64,000 nucleotides of DNA from Nemertoderma westbladi (Eukaryota; Animalia; Xenacoelomorpha). The notes beneath the pieces are model-generated. The model worked only from the letters and a program-made list of their open reading frames with translations. It made no database searches and was not told where the DNA came from. Both the position numbers and the translations under genes were made by a program. Positions 45,001 through 55,205 of this stretch are shown here, in pieces; the stretch's first letter is position 1; each line of letters begins with the position of its first letter. The stretch spans positions 31,044 to 95,043 of the forward strand of contig JAUCBJ010004184.1 in the NCBI GenBank assembly GCA_032718475.1. The letters run 5' to 3'.

Positions 45001-48000
45001 TTATCTCTTCCATGCTTCCACTCTTCAATCATTGCATTATTTATCTCTTCCATGCTTCATCTCTTCCATCCTTGCATTATTTCTCTCTTCCATGCTTCAT
45101 CTCTTCAATCCTTGCATTATTTATCTCTTCCATGCTTCATCTCTTCAATCCTTGCGTTATTTCTCTCTTCCATGCTTCCACTCTTCCATCCTTGCATTAT
45201 TTCTCTCTTCCATCCTTGCATTATTTCTCTCTTCCATGCTTCCACTCTTCAATCATTGCATTATTTATCTCTTCCATGCTTAATCTCTGCCATCCTTGCA
45301 TTATTTCTCTCTTCCATGCTTCATCTCTTCAATCCTTGCATTATTTCTCTCTTCCATGCTTCCACTCTTCAATCCTTGCATTATTTCTCTCTTCCATGCT
45401 TCCACTCTTCAATCATTGCATTATTTATCTCTTCCATGCTTAATCTCTGCCATCCTTGCATTATTTCTCTCTTCCATGCTTCATCTCTTCAATCCTTGCA
45501 TTATTTCTCTCTTCCATCCTTCCACTCTTCCATCCTTGCATTATTTCTCTCTTCCATGCTTCCACTCTTCCATCCTTGCATTATTTCTCTCTTCCATGCT
45601 TCATATCTTCCATCCTTGCATTATTTCTCTCTCCCGTGCTTCATCTCTTCAATCCTTGCATTATTTCTCTCTTCCATGCTTCATCTCTTCCATCCTTGCA
45701 TTATTTCTCTCTTCCATGCTTCATCTCTTCAATCCTTGCATTATTTATCTCTTCCATGCTTCATCTCTTCAATCCTTGCATTATTTCTCTCTTCCATGCT
45801 TCATCTCTTCCATCCTTGCATTATTTCTCTCTTCCATGCTTCATCTCTTCCATCCTTGCATTATTTCTCTCTTCCATGCATCATCTCTTCAATCCTTGCA
45901 TTATTTATCTCTTCCATGCATCATCTCTTCAATCCTTGCATTATTTCTCTCTTCCATGCATCATCTCTTCAATCCTTGCATTATTTCTCTCTTCCATGCT
46001 TCATCTCTTCCATCCTTGCATTATTTCTCTCTTCCATGCATCATCTCTTCAATCCTTGCATTATTTCTCTCTTCCATGCTTCATCTCTTCCATCCTTGCA
46101 TTATTTCTCTCTTCCATGCTTCATCTCTTCCATCCTTGCATTATTTCTCTCTTCCATGCATCATCTCTTCAATCCTTGCATTATTTATCTCTTCCATGCA
46201 TCATCTCTTCAATCCTTGCATTATTTCTCTCTTCCATGCATCATCTCTTCAATCCTTGCATTATTTCTCTCTTCCATGCTTCATCTCTTCCATCCTTGCA
46301 TTATTTCTCTCTTCCATGCTTCATCTCTTCAATCCTTGCGTTATTTCTCTCTTCCATGCTTCCACTCTTCCATCCTTGCATTATTTCTCTCTTCCATGCT
46401 TCTACTCTTCCATCCTTGCATTATTTCTCTCTTCCATGCTTCTACTCTTCCATCCTTGCATTATTTCTCTCTTCCATGCTTCCACTCTTCAATCCTTGCA
46501 TTATTTCTCTCTTCCATGCTTCATCTCTTCCATCCTTGCATTATTTCTCTCTTCCATGCTTCTACTCTTCCATCCTTGCATTATTTCTCTCTTCCATGCT
46601 TCCACTCTTCAATCCTTGCATTATTTCTCTCTTCCATGCTTCTACTCTTCCATCCTTGCATTATTTCTCTCTTCCATGCTTCCACTCTTCAATCCTTGCA
46701 TTATTTCTCTCTTCCATGCTTCATCTCTTCCATCCTTGCATTATTTCTCTCTTCCATGCTTCATCTCTTCAATCCTTGCATTATTTCTCTCTTCCATGCA
46801 TCATCTCTTCAATCCTTGCATTATTTCTCTCTTCCATGCTTCATCTCTTCCATCCTTGCATTATTTCTCTCTTCCATGCTTCATCTCTTCCATCCTTGCA
46901 TTATTTCTCTCTTCCATGCATCATCTCTTCAATCCTTGCATTATTTATCTCTTCCATGCATCATCTCTTCAATCCTTGCATTATTTCTCTCTTCCATGCA
47001 TCATCTCTTCAATCCTTGCATTATTTCTCTCTTCCATGCTTCATCTCTTCCATCCTTGCATTATTTCTCTCTTCCATGCTTCATCTCTTCAATCCTTGCG
47101 TTATTTCTCTCTTCCATGCTTCCACTCTTCAATCCTTGCATTATTTCTCTCTTCCATGCTTCATCTCTTCCATCCTTGCATTATTTCTCTCTTCCATGCA
47201 TCATCTCTTCAATCCTTGCATTATTTCTCTCTTCCATGCATCATCTCTTCAATCCTTGCATTATTTCTCTCTTCCATGCTTCATCTCTTCAATCCTTGCA
47301 TTATTTCTCTCTTCCATGCTTCATCTCTTCCATCCTTGCATTATTTCTCTCTTCCATGCTTCTACTCTTCCATCCTTGCATTATTTCTCTCTTCCATGCT
47401 TCCACTCTTCAATCCTTGCATTATTTCTCTCTTCCATGCTTCATCTCTTCCATCCTTGCATTATTTCTCTCTTCCATGCATCATCTCTTCAATCCTTGCA
47501 TTATTTCTCTCTTCCATGCATCATCTCTTCAATCCTTGCATTATTTCTCTCTTCCATGCTTCATCTCTTCAATCCTTGCATTATTTCTCTCTTCCATGCT
47601 TCATCTCTTCCATCCTTGCATTATTTCTCTCTTCCATGCTTCATCTCTTCCATCCTTGCATTATTTCTCTCTTCCATGCATCATCTCTTCAATCCTTGCA
47701 TTATTTATCTCTTCCATGCATCATCTCTTCAATCCTTGCATTATTTCTCTCTTCCATGCATCATCTCTTCAATCCTTGCATTATTTCTCTCTTCCATGCA
47801 TCATCTCTTCAATCCTTGCATTATTTCTCTCTTCCATGCTTCATCTCTTCAATCCTTGCATTATTTATCTCTTCCATGCATCATCTCTTCAATCCTTGCA
47901 TTATTTCTCTCTTCCATGCTTCCACTCTTCAATCCTTGCATTATTTCTCTCTTCCATGCTTCCACTCTTCAATCCTTGCATTATTTCTCTCTTCCATGCT

Positions 48001-50530
48001 TCATCTCTTCCATCCTTGCATTATTTCTCTCTTCCATGCTTCATCTCTTCCATCCTTGCATTATTTCTCTCTTCCATGCATCATCTCTTCCATCCTTGCA
48101 TTATTTCTCTCTTCCATGCTTCATCTCTTCCATCCTTGCATTATTTCTCTCTTCCATGCATCATCTCTTCAATCCTTGCATTATTTATCTCTTCCATGCA
48201 TCATCTCTTCAATCCTTGCGTTATTTCTCTCTTCCATGCTTCCACTCTTCCATCCTTGCATTATTTCTCTCTTCCATGCTTCATCTCTTCAATCCTTGCA
48301 TTATTTATCTCTTCCATGCTTCCACTCTTCCATCCTTGCATTATTTCTCTCTTCCATGCTTCATCTCTTCAATCATTGCATTATTTCTCTCTTCCATGCT
48401 TCCACTCTTCCATCCTTGCATTATTTCTCTCTTCCATGCTTCATCTCTTCAATCATTGCATTATTTCTCTCTTCCATGCTTCATCTCTTCAATCATTGCA
48501 TTATTTCTCTCTTCCATGCTTCCACTCTTCCATCCTTGCATTATTTCTCTCTTCCATGCTTCATCTCTTCAATCATTGCATTATTTCTCTCTTCCATGCT
48601 TCCACTCTTCCATCCTTGCATTATTTCTCTCTTCCATGCTTCATCTCTTCAATCATTGCATTATTTCTCTCTTCCATGCTTCATCTCTTCAATCATTGCA
48701 TTATTTCTCTCTTCCATGCTTCCACTCTTCCATCCTTGCATTATTTCTCTCTTCCATGCTTCATCTCTTCAATCATTGCATTATTTCTCTCTTCCATGCT
48801 TCATCTCTTCAATCATTGCATTATTTCTCTCTTCCATGCTTCCACTCTTCCATCCTTGCATTATTTCTCTCTTCCATGCTTCATCTCTTCAATCATTGCA
48901 TTATTTATCTCTTCCATGCTTCCACTCTTCCATCCTTGCATTATTTCTCTCTTCCATGCTTCATCTCTTCAATCATTGCATTATTTCTCTCTTCCATGCT
49001 TCCACTCTTCCATCCTTGCATTATTTCTCTCTTCCATGCTTCATCTCTTCAATCATTGCATTATTTCTCTCTTCCATGCTTCATCTCTTCAATCATTGCA
49101 TTATTTATCTCTTCCATGCTTCCACTCTTCCATCCTTGCATTATTTCTCTCTTCCATGCTTCATCTCTTCAATCATTGCGTTATTTCTCTCTTCCATGCT
49201 TCCACTCTTCCATCCTTGCATTATTTCTCTCTTCCATGCTTCATCTCTTCAATCATTGCATTATTTCTCTCTTCCATGCTTCATCTCTTCAATCATTGCA
49301 TTATTTCTCTCTTCCATGCTTCCACTCTTCAATCCTTGCATTATTTCTCTCTTCCATGCTTCATCTCTTCCATCCTTGCATTATTTATCTCTTCCATGCT
49401 TCCACTCTTCAATCCTTGCATTATTTCTCTCTTCCATGCTTCCACTCTTCAATCCTTGCATTATTTCTCTCTTCCATGCTTCATCTCTTCCATCCTTGCA
49501 TTATTTCTCTCTTCCATGCTTCATCTCTTCAATCCTTGCATTATTTATCTCTTCCATGCTTCATCTCTTCAATCCTTGCGTTATTTCTCTCTTCCATGCT
49601 TCATCTCTTCCATCCTTGCATTATTTCTCTCTTCCATGCTTCATCTCTTCAATCCTTGCATTATTTCTCTCTCCCGTGCTTCATATCTTCCATCCTTGCA
49701 TTATTTATCTCTTCCATGCTTCATCTATTCAATCCTTGCATTATTTCTCTCTCCCGTGCTTCATATCTTCCATCCTTGCATTATTTATCTCTTCCATGCT
49801 TCATCTCTTCAATCCTTGCATTATTTCTATTTTCCATGCTTCATCTCTTCCATCCTTGCATTATTTCTCTCTTCCATGCTTCATCTCTTCCACCCATCCT
49901 TGCATTATTTCTCTCTTCCATGCTTCATCTCTTCCACCCATCCTTGCATTATTTCTCTCTTCCATGCTTCATCTCTTCCATCCTTGCATTATTTCTCTCT
50001 TCCATGCTTAATCTCTGCCATCCTTGCATTATTTCTCTCTTCCATGCTTCATCTCTTCAATCCTTGCATTATTTCTATTTTCCATGCTTCATCTCTTCCA
50101 TCCTTGCATTATTTCTCTCTTCCATGCTTCATCTCTTCCATCCTTGCATTATTTCTCTCTTCCATGCTTCATCTCTTCCATCCTTGCATTATTTCTCTCT
50201 TCCATGCTTCATCTCTTCCATCCTTGCATTATTTCTCTCTTCCATGCTTCATCTCTTCCATCCTTGCATTATTTCTCTCTTCCATGCTTCATCTCTTCCA
50301 TCCTTGCATTATTTCTCTCTTCCATGCTTCATCTCTTCCATCCTTGCATTATTTCTCTCTTCCATGCTTCATCTCTTCCATCCTTGCATTATTTCTCTCT
50401 CTCTTTCATGCTTTCACTCTTCAGTTCTTGCATTATTTCACTCTTCCATTCTTCATCTCTTCCATTCTTCATCTCTTCCATCCTTGCATTATTTCTCTCT
50501 TCCATTCTTCATCTCTTCCATCCTTTCATT
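1..50530 (+). repeat. 40-bp tandem satellite array, ~1,260 monomers, consensus ATTATTTCTCTCTTCCATGCTT(CAT/CCA)CTCTTC(A/C)ATC(C/A)TTGC
   Basis: Directly visible 40-bp periodicity. Register is unbroken from ~140 to ~23970 and only about ten indels were seen overall. Monomers degenerate at ~95-160 and 50395-50530, where unique sequence begins. The array extends past the left window edge. Confidence 0.99.
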
Positions 50531-51772
50531 ATGCGTCCCCAGTAGTTGTGTGGGCCGACATATACATATCACATATATATATTAAATAGATCAGGAAGAT
50601 AATCCTATTTTTAGCTTACTAATTTAGATTCCATTATATTGAATGCCTGACATATTATTCTGTCTGGCTCTGATCGGTATACAGCGTGTGTCTGTGATTG
50701 GCACCCCATTGGTCATAGACTAGTCACAATGTCTGGGTACATATTTATAATTTTAACCAGGCGCCCTTACTGTGCTTCCCCAAGTCACTAAATACGACTT
50801 GTAAAATACTAAACATGGCATTCTGTCTAGCTCCCACGTGAATTACTCAACGGTTTATCCTAATGGCATTGGATGATATCCTGTTTTCAATTATGTTATT
50901 CACTTTACATACTCTGGGTTCAGTATATATAAACTGAAGTCAATACAGTTACTACATTATTAGCATAATAGTTACAGATTTATACATTTTTTTATGTTAA
51001 AATTGTTTTGTATTTTAAAAATTATTTGAATCCGTAGAAAATAAATTAATAGTTTATGTACCCGGCAATTTACTTTCTTTACTTCCCAGCTCCCGTATCA
51101 CACCGCTTTTGATAATTAGGCCTATAAATTTAGAAACAGTTTTCAACTACCGGTATTAACTTTTTTTAGCTTATTTATTATTTAACTTGAATACATCGTT
51201 GATTAGGTTGCTGATTAAAGACATTTATTATGAGTCTTCTTTCAATCGTCGCTCTGTTTTAAATTCGTGAAATAGAAATAGGAGGCTAAAATTTATTTAT
51301 GGGAAAGTTTTACTACTCCAGTAAAGGTTAGCCGATTGTAAATCAACAAGAACCGGTAATAAAGCGTTGCATTGAGGCGTTCATTGCACTTTCCTATAAA
51401 ATGTTTGTGTAAGGCCGTTCTTTTCCTTCCGTTTCTGAAAGCATACGCAGGTAATAACCGGATATTCGCTGTTGATAAACTAAAACGTCCATGTATGAGG
51501 TGATGATTGATTGTACTGAGATGCTGTCGGAAGCACGGATTAATTGCACATAAGGTGCCCGAAGAGGACCCCGCAACGACGGGAAATTTCGGGAAGGATT
51601 TATGTTGCCAAAGATTTAATAAAACAACAGAACTAAAGTGTGCGTACAAGTGGGCTTGGACACTTGAATACGATACCTTTGAAAGCTGGAAAAACGTGTG
51701 TATTCATTAGATAAGGGATTCCGATTTACTTAATGGATTTCGTTTTGTTGTATAATTTTATTAAATTTTCAG

Positions 51773-51973
51773 GTGATCCAATTCCGGACATTGTGTGGTA
51801 TAAAGATGGGACGGAATTGCATGATAGTAGCGATTTTACAATAAACTCGGCGGATGATGGGACCACAACTTTATTGATACGGGACATTCACTCTGTGGGG
51901 GACGCTGAATATTTATGTAAAGCTTCAAATACAGCCGGTGTTACGTCATGTTCGGTGTCGTTGGTGCTCAATG
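51773..51973 (+). CDS. Ig I-set exon A (C-terminal two-thirds of an Ig domain), 201 bp, phase 1-1; may be extended by downstream alternative donors up to 52810
   Basis: Acceptor ttttcAG at 51771-72 and donor G|GTAAGT at 51974. Translates (G)DPIPDIVWYKDGTELHDSSDFTINSADDGTTTLLIRDIHSVGDAEYLCKASNTAGVTSCSVSLVLN. The ATG at 51733 in the ORF track is intronic. Confidence 0.92.
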
Positions 51974-52816
51974 GTAAGTTTAATAAAGTTGGAATGACAT
52001 CATGGTCTGAGTTGTTGGAGCTAAATGGTAAGTTTAATGAAGTTGGTGTACCACCATCAAGGTCAGAGTCGTTTGAGCTAAATGGTAAGTTTAATATAGT
52101 TGGTGTACCACCATCAAGGTCAGAGTCGTTTGAGCTAAATGGTAAGTTTAATGAAGTTGGTGTACCATCAAGGTCAGAGTTGTTTGAGCTAAATGGTAAG
52201 TTTAATATAGTTGGTGTACCACCATCAAGGTCCAAGTCGTTGGAGCTAAATGGTAAGTTTAATAAAGTTGGTGTACCACCATCAAGGTCAGAGTCGTTTG
52301 AGCTAAATGGTAAGTTTAATATAGTTGGTGTACCACCATCAAGGTCAGAGTCGTTTGAGCTAAATGGTAAGTTTAATGAAGTTGGTGTACCATCAAGGTC
52401 AGAGTTGTTTGAGCTAAATGGTAAGTTTAATATAGTTGGTGTACCACCATCAAGGTCAGAGTCGTTTGAGCTAAATGGTAAGTTTAATATAGTTGGTGTA
52501 CCACCATCAAGGTCAGAGTCGTTTGAGCTAAATGGTAAGTTTAATGAAGTTGGTGTACCATCAAGGTCAGAGTTGTTTGAGCTAAATGGTAAGTTTAATA
52601 TAGTTGGTGTACCACCATCAAGGTCAGAGTCGTTTGAGCTAAATGGTAAGTTTAATGAAGTTGGTGTACCATCAAGGTCAGAGTTGTTTGAGCTAAATGG
52701 TAAGTTTAATATAGTTGGTGTACCACCATCAAGGTCAGAGTCGTTTGAGCTAAATGGTAAGTTTAATGAAGTTGGTGTACCATCAAGGTCAGAGTCGTTT
52801 GAGCTAAATGGTACGT
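51937..52816 (+). repeat. 54/57-bp minisatellite (~16 units) derived from the exon A 3' end plus splice donor
   Basis: Unit GGTGTACC(ACC)ATCAAGGTCAGAGTCGTTTGAGCTAAATGGTAAGTTTAATATAGTT. GT donors at 51974, 52028, 52085, 52142, 52196, 52253, 52310, 52367, 52421, 52478, 52535, 52589, 52646, 52700, 52757, 52811. Confidence 0.97.
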
Positions 52817-53627
52817 CCATATACAATTCGGTTTGTCTCATTCAAGTAAAAATGTGAAGTTAAAATTGCTGCAATTGGCAATTGACATTACGGCATTCGT
52901 TTCAGGTTTATAAATTGTTTGCTGTAGCAATGTTTTTCTGGTATACCGGAACCGGTACATAATAATCCAACTACTGTATCTTTATATGTCGTTTAAACAA
53001 TTTCCAACGGAGCCTTCCGTCGTTTTAAGATTTTATTATGGAAATGTAACTTCCTTTTTATATTGTGAATTTGTTTCTTGTGTTTTCCATACTTATATCC
53101 TTTGGCATACAATCGCGACGTTTAGGTCAATATAAGAGAACACGTGGACGGAATAATCAATTAGTGCCAACATCGCACGAGCACGAGTGGATTCCATCAG
53201 CAAAGCCACAAAGAAATCCAAAATATTGGTAATTTACCAATTCAAATAAATTATGCAAGAAATATTTTAGGTCAAGCGTGGGGAATTGTAAATTCGCTAT
53301 CATTCCATCATTTTAATGATATTCACTTAATTTTATTACTATTTCCTGACCCTTTAAATTCCTTTGTTGCTTTGTGTGCCTTATTCATATTGAAAAATGG
53401 TACTTTTCTCAGTACAGGTTATATTGTGACTATGAATTAACTTCATTCTCCTAAGTATTTTTACATTAATAGATTCAAGGTTGACACTCGAAAAAGCTGC
53501 ACCTGTTTGCATCAGGCATGCAGGTGATTGGATGATTGCATTAATAAATATTAATAATTTTGTTAATATTTAATCTCAATTAGCTTACAATAATACGTCA
53601 TCTAATGAATGGGTTATTAATTTAATA

Positions 53628-54028
53628 TTAATGGGAATTGGGAAGGACACCTACTCTATTCTTTCTGGGGCGCAGTTTACATAAACCCATTACACTTTTC
53701 CTTATATTCTTATTGAATATCATATAAACAGGGGCATCTATTCCGTAGTTGAACAACCATATCGTACTCTGTAAGCTGATCATAATTCGTCGCGCTCTGA
53801 TGTTGTCTTTCTGTGTTGGTAGACCCACGTACATCATTAGGAAATAGAAAGTCGACGCCCCCGCAATCACCAAGGCGATAATCCCAAACTGCAAGGCTAT
53901 TCGCGTCTCTTCGTTTCGCGTTTTTCTGCCGCTGTCATTGGCGCTTCGATTGCTTTGTGTCGCCGCTTTTTTGCGCTTAACAAACAGCGCAATGACAGTA
54001 TAGTTTATTAGGATAAAAACGACGACAA
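53628..54028 (-). CDS. Serpentine 7TM GPCR (Srx-like chemoreceptor), exon 2 (TM5-TM7 and stop)
   Basis: Acceptor ttttttcaacAG (54030-54029, minus strand), phase 1, matching exon 1. Encodes VVVVFILINYTVIALFVKRKK...EETRIALQFGIIALVI...WLFNYGIDAPVYMIFNKNIRK...; TAA at 53630-53628. Confidence 0.88.
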
Positions 54029-54263
54029 CTGTTGAAAAAATAAACAAAACCATTATGTTTTAATAGCAAATAATGTTGCTCTTTATTTAATTATAAGAAT
54101 AACTTGCGATTTATTTAATATAATAACAAACTTATATTGAACCCGAGTTCCTTAAAAGGGAATTTGTATTTAATTATATGGTTTCTTAGTGACTGGAGAA
54201 GAGATGAATATTAATTAACCAAGGACAATGTTTTGATATGAATATATACAGTTTTTAACTTAC

Positions 54264-54837
54264 CCACTGCTAATCCCATCTGACACAAGTTCTGTATGTG
54301 GCTGTGAGGAAAGCGGTCTAGATCCACATCCCAGCCCCACAACTGTGGCGACCAATGAAAATCAACCACGCCAGCCAAGTTGGGAACAATGAGCAGGGAG
54401 CTGGCTACCGGCCCCAAAGGCATTACTACGTAGGCTAGATTGCGCATGAAACGGGCGTCGTAGCGGTCGTAGTATATGATGCTGTAAAAGCGATTAATAC
54501 CGATGATGAAGTGGCTATGGAACGTCATGTAAAAGACAAATAGTTTGAGGGAGGATACGTATCGTAGAGTATCAACGTCCATGAATGTGTAACCGTAGGC
54601 CGTGTAGGATACGGAGAGTGGCAGTCCTAGGAGCAGATAGGCGAACATATTCCAGGCCTCGCAGCAGCTCAGTTGGAACATCATCGCGTAACAGACCGTA
54701 TGGAACTTCTTGTCCATGATAATTACCGCATTGATGAGCACATAGAAGGTGATGGAGGGGATTATTATAAGTAGCCACAGTATTGTTATTGTTACAGTGA
54801 AAGCGAGATCTTCAGTGCTAACCTTATAATTATCCAT
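54264..54837 (-). CDS. Serpentine 7TM GPCR (Srx-like chemoreceptor), exon 1 (TM1-TM4); spliced CDS 975 nt = 324 aa
   Basis: ATG at 54837 and hydrophobic segments with IIGINRF at the end of TM3 (NRF variant of DRY, typical of nematode Srx/Srv/Srt-type receptors). Donor G|GTAAGT at 54263; 235-bp intron 54029-54263. The subfamily call is from motif recognition only. Confidence 0.88.
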
Positions 54838-55125
54838 TATTCATTCACTATTCATCAATATATTATTATTATATACCTTCTGTAATATTAATACTATAAA
54901 CACTATTAGCTTTATTTTATAGATAATCTTAATCTCTGTATTAAATAGCTGTAAATGACCTCGTACATTTTATTTACTTCTGCATAACTAACTATAGAGG
55001 TAACAATGACTGTAACCATGACATTAGCTCTAGTGAGAGTATAGAAACTGTCTCTTAGGTGGGTATCGAGTCGTAAGGTAAGATTGACCCCCAAATGATG
55101 AAATTATTTTTGTCATATTGATATA

Positions 55126-55205
55126 TCTCTTGTAGCTGACTTGCGTAATGCACCGGACTTAAGATGTGAAAGTACCGGGTTCGATCCCAGGATCAGGTCT
55201 TTTTG
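55126..55205 (+). pseudogene. Degenerate tRNA-like sequence (tRNA pseudogene or tRNA-derived SINE head)
   Basis: A-box-like TAGCTGACTTG (55133), loop CTTAAGA (TAA at the anticodon position), B-box GGTTCGATCCC in a T-arm CCGGG/CCAGG, then a T5 tract. The acceptor and anticodon stems do not pair. Confidence 0.6.

Noticed and set aside
18-50589. Giant + strand ORFs (up to 8331 aa) of a hydrophobic 40-aa repeat
   Set aside because: The 40-bp monomer has no stop in any + frame, so all three frames give the same peptide. Frameshifting indels and TTAATC stop variants are tolerated and amplified, so there is no sign of coding constraint.
51888-52841. 317-aa minus-strand ORF over the 54/57-bp repeat
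   Set aside because: A by-product of a triplet-length repeat antisense to a clear Ig exon; no independent evidence.
53126-53228. Candidate 103-bp exon (tttAG...TG|GTAATT, open in phase 1: GQYKRTRGRNNQLVPTSHEHEWIPSAKPQRNPKY)
   Set aside because: It ends in phase 2, which is incompatible with exon B (phase 1) unless another unseen exon exists, and it has no Ig motif. RNA-seq could revive it.
55126-55198. Functional tRNA-Leu(TAA)
   Set aside because: The acceptor and anticodon stems cannot pair and the long variable arm is absent; kept only as a pseudogene or SINE-like feature.
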